DNA of 64,000 nt from a virus: IMG/VR virus record IMGVR_UViG_3300045988_166613, positions 1 to 64,000 of that record; one strand, 5' to 3'. Within the stretch, counting starts at the first letter, position 1. Each line of letters begins with the position of its first letter. The translations under genes were made by a program, and so were the position numbers. The notes beneath the pieces were generated by a model. That model saw only the letters and a list, made by a program, of their open reading frames with translations. It was not told the DNA's origin and did no database searches. Shown piece after piece: positions 9,806-18,294 of the stretch.

Positions 9806-10195
9806 ATAGTGCCTAACGACCTTACTATTAGGTATTCCATATTTCTCTTGAATATCTTTAACTAACCATAAAGTATTTTCGATAGTTTGTTCTGCTATAT
9901 CACCTTTAGTTTTGCACATCTCTATTCCTATACTATTTCTATTTCCTATACCATATCTATCATATCCATCACCGCAATGAAAAGCACTATCATGTTCTCT
10001 AACAACTTGAGTTATAGAATCTTCATCAACAAAATAATGAGCTGAAGCCCTTCTATGTCCTGTACAAAAATAATTTGCGTTACCTTCATCTGTATCATCA
10101 TAATTTCCTGTATCATGAATTACAATATATTCAGGATTGTTTGTACCTACCCAATGATCGTCATTATCAAATCTATATTTCATTTCTACTGACAT
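9806..10195 (-). CDS. endolysin exon 1 (N-acetylmuramoyl-L-alanine amidase, amidase_2/PGRP fold)
   Basis: IVIHDTGN...AHYFVD...GIEMC...VVRHY then an in-frame stop. Start ATG 10195, 9 nt after AAGGAG. Confidence 0.75.
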
Positions 10196-10225
10196 ATAAA
10201 ACATCTCCTTTTATTTTATTACATT

Positions 10226-10257
10226 AAAAAAGACTAAAGAAATTAATCCTTAGTCTT
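10226..10257 (-). terminator. rho-independent terminator after fibre gene
   Basis: Minus sense: AAGACTAAGG-ATTAATTT-CTTTAGTCTT followed by TTTTT. Confidence 0.6.
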
Positions 10258-10304
10258 ACAATTTTTATATTTTAAGTTCAGTTAAAAGACATGTTTTAAC
10301 TAAA

Positions 10305-12500
10305 CTACTGTTTTATAGTTACTACAACATTACACTTATAAGATTGAGTTACTCCACTTGTATTACAAACTAAAGATAACACATCTCCAGCATTAACATG
10401 GAATCTTGTAAAATTGGATATATTCCATTGATAATTTCCCAATCGCATACTTGCTTTATCTTGTCCATTTACTTTTAATGTAAATACAGCGTCTCCAACT
10501 TCTAATCTTTTGTCTAGTAATACAGCAAACCTTTCTATATACCCTTGGCTAGTTAAAATATGTTTATCTACGGGTAATCCAGTATATCCTTCAAAAAATG
10601 TTACAGAAGGCTCTATATTTACACCAAAATTAAGATTATTTAATGTTCCTAAACCTTTAAATTCTCCATTAATACTTAAATTGGTAGGTAAAGATATGTC
10701 ATACCAACTATTATAAGTTCCTATATTAAAGAATACAGTATTGTTACCTCTAACATTATCAACATCTTTAATTGGGTTATCAGAATCATAAAGTCCATTG
10801 TTGAATATAATGTTATTACTAAATACACATTCACTAGACTTTGTTACTCTACTGAAGTCATACATCTTAGGTTTTATGTAAAATCTTTCGTTACAACTAT
10901 GTGTGTTATTTGATATAATATTAGCTTGAAATAAACCTTCAGCTACAATATCATATATACCATCTTGTACATTATTAGAATTTTGAGTTTTATTATTGCT
11001 ACCATTTTGATTAAAGTTGCAATTAGTTATTGTATCTCCAAAACAATCTTTTAAATACATAGCACTATCTTTTTGATGCCAAAAACTACAATTTGAAATA
11101 TTAGAATTTCTCATCTTATGTGCATTTAATCCTATTCCACTTTGAATCCCTTCATAACTCCCATCAAAATAACAGTTATTTATTTTTAATATTTCTACAT
11201 CATAATCATTTTGATTCTTAATATATATAGCACCATATGTTTGTCCGCCAACAAATTGACAATCTGATATTTGTTGCGAGGATGAATTTATCCATAGTGC
11301 AAAATCTCTATTTTTCCCCCATATATTAGTTTTACTTATGTAACAATCAGTGATCCCTAGATATATAGAAGAACTTCTTAAATCACACTTATCTATACAA
11401 AGACTATATGCCCCGCCTTCTCCTATATAATCTCCATTATAATATACAGTAATACCTCCTACATTATGTGTTGAATTGGTAGTATCAGTTTCTATTCTAA
11501 CTCTTTCAACTTTTGTCATATTAACATTACAGAGATCCATATGGTAAAATTGTAAATCTTCATTGTGATTAGTTAACCACAAATCATGAATATAACAAGT
11601 GTTAATCCAATCATTTTTTATTTTTGAAGTTGTAATTATTGGAATGTTTTTATCTGTTGTAATTATTGTATCTTTATCTCCAAATAACTCGACATTGCTT
11701 TTTAAAACTATTGAAGTATTTAAATTATATTGTCCACTTGGAATTTTAATTGTTTTATATCCCGCTGCAATAGCATTATTAACACATTCTCCAATATCCT
11801 CTTCATTGTCACATATATATGATTGTTTATTCATATTTTTTTTGATATTTGAAATATTGTCATTTATCTTTTTTATATTGATATCTGCATCTTCTTTATT
11901 TTTTTTAATATCTCCATTAATTTGCGTTACCGTTCTATTAAACTCTGGTCTTTGAATATATTCTACAGCATTTAACTTAGCTAATAACTCATATCCCCTA
12001 TCTATTGTATCATCCAATGTACTAATAACTTTTATAGCTTCATGGGTTGATGTTTTTAAATCATTTATTGCTACTATAACATCACTCATTGTTTTTAAAG
12101 CCTCAATAACAGTTTTACCTTTTTCTAATATATCCTCAAGAGTTTCAATTACATTCCCCTCTTCATCTAATAGAGTATATATTCTACCAGCTCCAACGAC
12201 AGGAAGTCCTATACTATAATAATCTAGCATAACATTTTGACAGGCTCTTGATTCATGGAAGAAAACATTTCCATCATCTCTAACCCAATAACTATCTTCT
12301 GTTATTTCATCAGCATTATAAACTCTATATAATCCTATTGGTTCAATTACCTCAACTCCTCTATATTCATCTGGAATACCATCAAGTTGTATTTGATAAT
12401 TTTTAGGTGAAATCTGATGCTTTCTACGTATATGATAAGACATTGGATTGCCGTCTTTATCTTTATAATACTGACAAACTATTTGTTCTAAATTATTCAA
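10305..12500 (-). CDS. tail fibre/tailspike with right-handed beta-helix (pectate-lyase-like) domain
   Basis: 731 aa. IKIPSGQYNLNTSIVLKSNVELFGD and many N/G/C-rich repeats typical of beta-helix depolymerases. TTG start after AAAGGAGG. Confidence 0.65.
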   Translation of the reverse strand: MNNLEQIVCQYYKDKDGNPMSYHIRRKHQISPKNYQIQLDGIPDEYRGVEVIEPIGLYRVYNADEITEDSYWVRDDGNVFFHESRACQNVMLDYYSIGLPVVGAGRIYTLLDEEGNVIETLEDILEKGKTVIEALKTMSDVIVAINDLKTSTHEAIKVISTLDDTIDRGYELLAKLNAVEYIQRPEFNRTVTQINGDIKKNKEDADINIKKINDNISNIKKNMNKQSYICDNEEDIGECVNNAIAAGYKTIKIPSGQYNLNTSIVLKSNVELFGDKDTIITTDKNIPIITTSKIKNDWINTCYIHDLWLTNHNEDLQFYHMDLCNVNMTKVERVRIETDTTNSTHNVGGITVYYNGDYIGEGGAYSLCIDKCDLRSSSIYLGITDCYISKTNIWGKNRDFALWINSSSQQISDCQFVGGQTYGAIYIKNQNDYDVEILKINNCYFDGSYEGIQSGIGLNAHKMRNSNISNCSFWHQKDSAMYLKDCFGDTITNCNFNQNGSNNKTQNSNNVQDGIYDIVAEGLFQANIISNNTHSCNERFYIKPKMYDFSRVTKSSECVFSNNIIFNNGLYDSDNPIKDVDNVRGNNTVFFNIGTYNSWYDISLPTNLSINGEFKGLGTLNNLNFGVNIEPSVTFFEGYTGLPVDKHILTSQGYIERFAVLLDKRLEVGDAVFTLKVNGQDKASMRLGNYQWNISNFTRFHVNAGDVLSLVCNTSGVTQSYKCNVVVTIKQ

Positions 12501-12538
12501 ATTCTTTCCTCCTTTCCCATAGCATATTATTTAAATCA

Positions 12539-13303
12539 CTATGCCATCTCATGATTTTCAGGAAGAACTTGTACTTCTTTATGTTCTTCTATTTCTTTTT
12601 TCTTTTCTTCTATTGTAATAGCTCTTATATTGCTCACTAAATTACCATCTTTATCTGTAACTTCATATGTAACATTGTAAACATTAGGTATTTGATTATT
12701 TACTATACCTGTTATTTTTATTTCATCTGTTAAATTTCCATCTTCGGTATCTTCTGCTGTTACACCTAATCTTGGATTAAAGTTTTCTCCAACTTGAATT
12801 GTCATTGGTTCTATACCTTTAATTATTGGAGGATTGTTAGTTCTTACAGTAACGGTTCTAATTACAGTCATGCTATTACCGACACTATCTTTTATTTCAT
12901 AAGTAATGTTGTAATTATCAACTCTATTACTATCTACTTCCCCTGTTATTTTAATATCTTTAGTAATGTCTCCATCTATAGCACTAATAGCTAGTACGCC
13001 TTCTTTTTTATCAAACTTATCTCCAATTTTAATTACCGTATTACTAACACCAGTAATTGATATAGGTTCTAAAACTAAGAATTCCCATTCAGTTCCTTTT
13101 AAAGCTGGTTTAAAATAGTTGTAATAAAAATCATTTATTGTATTTCTTAATTTGTTTTTATCTGACAACGCTTTGTTTTTATCAAAAATATTTATTTGAA
13201 AGTTTAAAGCTTCCATATTAACATCTACATCACCTCTAACCTCTCCAATAAGGTTGTGATTTTTATTTTCTAACTTTTGAGTTATAACTTTTAATTCTGC
13301 CAT
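12539..13303 (-). CDS. tail-associated protein with two Ig-like repeats
   Basis: Internal duplication (...DITKDIKITGEVDSNRVDNYNITYEIKDSVGN... and ...NLTDEIKITGIVNNQIPNVYNVTYEVTDKDGN...). AAGGAGG RBS. Confidence 0.6.
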   Translation of the reverse strand: MAELKVITQKLENKNHNLIGEVRGDVDVNMEALNFQINIFDKNKALSDKNKLRNTINDFYYNYFKPALKGTEWEFLVLEPISITGVSNTVIKIGDKFDKKEGVLAISAIDGDITKDIKITGEVDSNRVDNYNITYEIKDSVGNSMTVIRTVTVRTNNPPIIKGIEPMTIQVGENFNPRLGVTAEDTEDGNLTDEIKITGIVNNQIPNVYNVTYEVTDKDGNLVSNIRAITIEEKKKEIEEHKEVQVLPENHEMA

Positions 13304-13317
13304 TAATAAATTCCTCC

Positions 13318-16300
13318 TTAAAAATTAATAAACTCAGATAATGACAGCAAACAATTTATTCTACCATTAGTCTGAGTTGTTATCTTTATAATATTTAATT
13401 TATTTGTTTCTAAAAATTTAGATATTTCTATATTACAATCTTCATTTATATTTGAAGTAACTAATTTATCATTAACATAAACGCCTATAGAAGTTGGCAT
13501 TGTGGTTTCAATTATTTTATATTTTGGTTCATGTTTATGATTGTCTAGCTGAATTACGTGATTATGATTTGGCAATCCATGCTTATGATTATCTTCTAAA
13601 TGATAGTGTTTATTAACTATTTGAATAGAAGGTTTTTTATTATTTAGCAAATCTTCTATATCATTTTTATTTATCGTTATATTTTCTCCTCCTATCTGTG
13701 TTTTAGAAGCACTAGATAAGTAAGTAAAAACTCCACTATTCATATTTGTGGTTTTAATTATAGCACCACCAGCTTCAACACCTTCAAACCCAACTCTATA
13801 TTTAGATAAATGTAAAAATAATTTTGCTTCTCTTAATTCTATGTTTTTATATAGATATATTGGAAATTCTATAGGATGAGCTTGATCTATATTATCACAG
13901 AAATTCAAACTATCGTTTTGTAGCATACCTTCTCCAGATAATACAATCTTCCCATTTTTATCATATAGAATTAAGCTACTTTTATTTTCTCCTCTTATAC
14001 TATATATACCTACTCTTGCCCTAAGTGTTTTACCAGAATCATACACACTAATACCATAATCATCTATCTTTATAGATTTGTTAGGATTAACTAATTTCAT
14101 TCTTTCTCCTAATATTGCTGTTCCCATAATACTTTTTGCAACTAATCCTTTCTCATCTGCAACAGTTTTACAAGTTTTCCAATTATCATTAGTTACTGCA
14201 AAAAAACCAGCACCCATATAAAATTGTTTTTTTCTAGTTTTATCTGATTTGTCCGTACACCAAACACCAGTACCAGTAATATCTAGCTCATTTATATTTT
14301 GATTACATTTTATAGGAATGGAATTAGCTTGAATCCCATACTTTTGAATATTTTTAAAGTTATTAGTTGCTACAGAGCTATCTACCCATGTATTTCTATA
14401 TAAATTTATAGCGTTAGCACTTCTATTTATTTTGTTTAAACTTATGTTTCTTATTGTTTTTAAATCATGTAATACAAACTTAGAATTATTAAATTCAACA
14501 TTAGATATTTTGGCTTGAGAATTTTCTCTTGAAGGAGTATATTTAAATCCTGTTATTCTAACTTCTCCACCTTCTATTTCCTCTTCCCCATCCATAATAT
14601 GTGCTACATCACCTAGCTTAACAATATTTTTCCATCCTCTAGGATGTCTTGTTAACCCAACCACATCTGTTGTAAAATCAATGGGTAACATATTTCTTTC
14701 ATTTAATACTCTTTTTGCATTATCAAATAATTCTTTATCATCTGTGTAATAATCATCGGATAATCTAAGAGAATAAATACATTCATCTAATTCATTTAAA
14801 TCTTCTTCGCCAAAAATTACTCCTATTTCATCTTTAGCTGTTTTTTTATCTAATGCATTATTACAATTCCCCATATTAATATCTAATTGCTTGATTTCTT
14901 CCTTTAATATATTTAAAGTTTTTATAAGGCTATTTAAATCATTATTTAATACTTCTATTTCTGCTTCAAGTTTTTTAAATTCCATTTGTTGTTCAAAACT
15001 TCTATCTTCTCCTGCTTTTATATAAGCTATTTTTATAGATTTTTTGACTTCTAATTGATCCCTAACTAATTGTAGCTTTGATTCTATATAAATACTCTGT
15101 TTATTCTTCTCATCTTTTTTCTTTTTATATGAATCCCACTCATTAAAAACCTTATTTATATAATTATTATATCTTTGCAAAGATAATTGTAATTCATCAC
15201 TTATATTTCCTTGTTTTAAAAGATATGTAAAATCTTCTATATAATTAGTCCCTAATGGATTAACACCATTTATACTTAATCCATCTTTACCCTCTACAAC
15301 CAACCTAGTTACTATGTCATCAGATTTTAAATCCTTATCTATTTTCATTAGATATTGGTCATAATATAGATAAAATCCATTATCTCTTCCCATAGTTTGT
15401 CTATCATATACATTTACAAGCTTATTTATAGTGTCAAATTGGAATATACAATCATATGCTTTCTCTACCATATCTCTTAAAAAAGGCAACCATTGATGAA
15501 TTCCTTTTTCAAAACTTCTATATTTAGTCTTAGTTTTTTCTACTTTATTTCCAGTCTCATATGTTAAAACAATATCTTTAAAATTAACATCTAATCCTTG
15601 TAAATATGTAAATTTCTCAACTTCTTTTTTAATAAATCCATTAATTAATGTAAATTCATATCTTATTACAGTATTATAACTATTATCAATGCTATATGAG
15701 GCTTTAATATGTCTAATTCCCTCTGCAAAGTTTTCAAACTTATGTTCATAGTTTTCCGTTTTAGTTACATTGCTTTTAGAATCTGTGCTTACAATGTTAT
15801 TATATTTGATACTAAAATTAAGAACTTCATCAGGAATATTAATATAGATATCTTTATCAAATAAAACTTTATCTACTTGAACATCTTTAACATTTAAATT
15901 ATTATATAAATCTATATCTATGGTTTCATTAAATAAACCAATAGTTGATTTTGCATTAGGATCAATATATCCAACTTTCCAACTTGTTTCATTTTCAAGC
16001 CAATTTAAAACACCTTCTTCAACATCAATTTTATCTCCTTTAGATTTATATAATTGAAAAGTTCCTTCTTGTACGGCAACATCTTTTTTGTTTAGATTTA
16101 TTTCAAAAGATTTAGCTGTAAACTTCTTTTTCTTAATGTGTTTATTAGATTCTATTTTAAAATCTCCACATATCTCATATCTATCACCATTATATATGAT
16201 TTGTCTCTTAGGCTTAAATTTATCAAATAAAGGATTATCGATTGTTTCTCCTCTTCTTTGAACTTTAGAAGGAACACTTAAAGTCATAGTGAAACAATCT

Positions 16301-16425
16301 CTTAATTTATATTCTACAGATTCTATATATTCATTTGGAATTTCACATAACTCTTCTCTTCTGTTCTTATATAGTACAGCTTTAGATTCATCATCTTTTG
16401 GATTTATACTTACACCTCTAAACAT
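13318..16425 (-). CDS. tail-associated protein (Tal-like baseplate/minor structural protein)
   Basis: 1035 aa, directly after the Dit-like gene. Central coiled coil and a C-terminal HxH-repeat segment. AAGGAGGTGA RBS. Confidence 0.65.
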   Translation of the reverse strand: MFRGVSINPKDDESKAVLYKNRREELCEIPNEYIESVEYKLRDCFTMTLSVPSKVQRRGETIDNPLFDKFKPKRQIIYNGDRYEICGDFKIESNKHIKKKKFTAKSFEINLNKKDVAVQEGTFQLYKSKGDKIDVEEGVLNWLENETSWKVGYIDPNAKSTIGLFNETIDIDLYNNLNVKDVQVDKVLFDKDIYINIPDEVLNFSIKYNNIVSTDSKSNVTKTENYEHKFENFAEGIRHIKASYSIDNSYNTVIRYEFTLINGFIKKEVEKFTYLQGLDVNFKDIVLTYETGNKVEKTKTKYRSFEKGIHQWLPFLRDMVEKAYDCIFQFDTINKLVNVYDRQTMGRDNGFYLYYDQYLMKIDKDLKSDDIVTRLVVEGKDGLSINGVNPLGTNYIEDFTYLLKQGNISDELQLSLQRYNNYINKVFNEWDSYKKKKDEKNKQSIYIESKLQLVRDQLEVKKSIKIAYIKAGEDRSFEQQMEFKKLEAEIEVLNNDLNSLIKTLNILKEEIKQLDINMGNCNNALDKKTAKDEIGVIFGEEDLNELDECIYSLRLSDDYYTDDKELFDNAKRVLNERNMLPIDFTTDVVGLTRHPRGWKNIVKLGDVAHIMDGEEEIEGGEVRITGFKYTPSRENSQAKISNVEFNNSKFVLHDLKTIRNISLNKINRSANAINLYRNTWVDSSVATNNFKNIQKYGIQANSIPIKCNQNINELDITGTGVWCTDKSDKTRKKQFYMGAGFFAVTNDNWKTCKTVADEKGLVAKSIMGTAILGERMKLVNPNKSIKIDDYGISVYDSGKTLRARVGIYSIRGENKSSLILYDKNGKIVLSGEGMLQNDSLNFCDNIDQAHPIEFPIYLYKNIELREAKLFLHLSKYRVGFEGVEAGGAIIKTTNMNSGVFTYLSSASKTQIGGENITINKNDIEDLLNNKKPSIQIVNKHYHLEDNHKHGLPNHNHVIQLDNHKHEPKYKIIETTMPTSIGVYVNDKLVTSNINEDCNIEISKFLETNKLNIIKITTQTNGRINCLLSLSEFINF

Positions 16426-16439
16426 TAAATATCACCTCC

Positions 16440-17225
16440 TTATTTAAATCCTATTGGATATTGATATAAAAATCTTATCCTACAATTTCCTTTGACTTGT
16501 ATTCTATTTAATCCATACTGTAATTTAATAAATTTCTTATTACTATGTTGAAATATATTTCTGCTTTTATCTTTTAAACTAACCATATCTTTTAATCCTT
16601 CATTGTATATCATTATATGGTCATTGCTAACAAGATTGTTAAATTCTATAGTCTCACCTAATGAAAGGTTCTTTATAGTTAAACTATTTGTATCATCTCT
16701 TAATTCAAACTCAATGTCAGGATATATAAAATTATCTATATCGCTTCCATTATAAATATCTATTACTTTTTCACCTTTAATTCTATAATCATTATTAAAT
16801 AGATTACTGTATCCATAAGGGGCGTTTAATCTCATTTCAAGATTAATGTAACCTTCCTTGGCACAATTAAAGAAATCTGTTCCCTTAGTAAATATTACAT
16901 AATATGTTAAATCTGTTTGGTCATAAACTTTTAAAGGTTTATACTCTTTTTTAAATAACCACCTACATATTTCTTCTAATTCCTTATCTGTATATGGCAA
17001 CGGTCTACTATATTTGTTCATTTTCATAATAGAAATTTTAAGAGATTGAGGTTTTCTTTTAACACCTAGAAAAAGTGGTGTATCAGTGCCGTTATCTTCT
17101 TCAATTATCTCTTGTTCCACACCAAACTTATCTTCTTCACTTTTATTATCAATTACAACCATTTTCAAATTTCTATCTTTGCTTTTCTTCCCATCGAATT
17201 CAAAATAGAATTTTCTAAATTGCAT
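16440..17225 (-). CDS. distal tail protein (Dit-like)
   Basis: Position between TMP and Tal. Start ATG 17225 after AAAGGTGGTGG. The N-terminus MQFRKFYFEFDGKKS is typical of siphophage Dit. Confidence 0.6.
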   Translation of the reverse strand: MQFRKFYFEFDGKKSKDRNLKMVVIDNKSEEDKFGVEQEIIEEDNGTDTPLFLGVKRKPQSLKISIMKMNKYSRPLPYTDKELEEICRWLFKKEYKPLKVYDQTDLTYYVIFTKGTDFFNCAKEGYINLEMRLNAPYGYSNLFNNDYRIKGEKVIDIYNGSDIDNFIYPDIEFELRDDTNSLTIKNLSLGETIEFNNLVSNDHIMIYNEGLKDMVSLKDKSRNIFQHSNKKFIKLQYGLNRIQVKGNCRIRFLYQYPIGFK

Positions 17226-17351
17226 TATTCCACCACCTTTCATATATTTTTGAGTATTTTTATAAAAACTCATGTTGTAAAACACTAGGTTTTTCGGCAT
17301 TTTATAACATCAATTTTTGGTTAAAAACACAATTTTAATTAATTTTTTACA

Positions 17352-17382
17352 ATAAAAAAGAACCTAGATTCAATCTAAGCTC
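17352..17382 (-). terminator. rho-independent terminator ending the HEPN moron
   Basis: Minus sense: GAGCTTAGATT/AATCTAGGTTC hairpin followed by TTTTTT. Confidence 0.55.
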
Positions 17383-17407
17383 TCTATGTTTAATTTCTAT
17401 AATAATG

Positions 17408-17788
17408 TCAATCTTCATGGGACTCCATTAATATAGCTTCTTCAATCATTAAATTTTGAAATATACAATCATATATATAAGAAATTCCACCTCTTACTTT
17501 CATACTACTATATATATTAATTAATAATGGATCTCTTGTATCAATAACATTAATTCTTGAGATTATTCTTCGTGCATCTATACTTATTCTTTCAAAAAAG
17601 TATCTTGCCAATAATGATATTGCATCATATTCATTTAAAAGATTTAAAAATGGACTTGAAATCATAAAGGTGTAGGTATCACATTCTTTATCTTTAAGAA
17701 ATATAGCCAAATTAACATTTCCATATTGTTCTATGTATTCATTCAAGCATTCTCTAATTTCTGTTACCAAGTTTTCTCTTTTATCCAA
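17408..17788 (-). CDS. hypothetical protein, partner of the HEPN-like gene
   Basis: 126 aa. TTG start 7 nt after AAAGGTGGTG. Overlaps the upstream gene by 25 nt. Confidence 0.55.
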   Translation of the reverse strand: MDKRENLVTEIRECLNEYIEQYGNVNLAIFLKDKECDTYTFMISSPFLNLLNEYDAISLLARYFFERISIDARRIISRINVIDTRDPLLINIYSSMKVRGGISYIYDCIFQNLMIEEAILMESHED

Positions 17789-18189
17789 GTATATACACCA
17801 CCTTTCTCATCTTCTAACGCTTTTATATGATTACTTGCACTCTCTTTACTAAAATAACCGACTGGTTTATATCTTAAATTAACATCCCATTTTGTTAATA
17901 ATGACCAATGTATGAAGAAATCCATATTGTTATTTAGTTCTTCATTTAAAAGGTTGTCAAGCTTGGCTAATTTAATAAGTTTCTGCATATCATGAGTTCT
18001 ATAATTTCTATTGTCATCTGGATATTCCTTTTTCTTCAGTGTATTACATACTGAAGCTTTTAATCCATATTCAACCACATAACCTGAATTTGCAACTACT
18101 TCATCAAATTCTGATATTTCATAAAATTTCTTAATTGATTCAAGCTTTCGTTTTGATTTTTCTTTTAATACTTTTTGTTTTATTGGCAT
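17764..18189 (-). CDS. HEPN-domain-like protein
   Basis: The pattern ...RTHDMQKLIKLAKL...WDVNLRYKP...SKESASNHIKALE resembles the classical HEPN family (THDL..L and ..RYP motifs). ATG 18189 after GGGAGGGA. Confidence 0.45.
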   Translation of the reverse strand: MPIKQKVLKEKSKRKLESIKKFYEISEFDEVVANSGYVVEYGLKASVCNTLKKKEYPDDNRNYRTHDMQKLIKLAKLDNLLNEELNNNMDFFIHWSLLTKWDVNLRYKPVGYFSKESASNHIKALEDEKGGVYTWIKEKTW

Positions 18190-18214
18190 AACAACCATCC
18201 CTCCCAATGGTTAT

Positions 18215-18223
18215 ATTATACCA
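18215..18223 (-). promoter_or_regulatory. extended -10 promoter element (TGGTATAAT) for the HEPN moron
   Basis: Minus sense: TGGTATAAT, 25 nt upstream of the start codon and downstream of a hairpin (AGTGGTGT/ACACCACT, 18266-18287) that follows the TMP stop. Confidence 0.45.
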
Positions 18224-18294
18224 TATATGTATAAAAATATTTAAATTAGAAAATATTATATTAAAGTGGTGTTATCGTACACCACTAAAACGTA

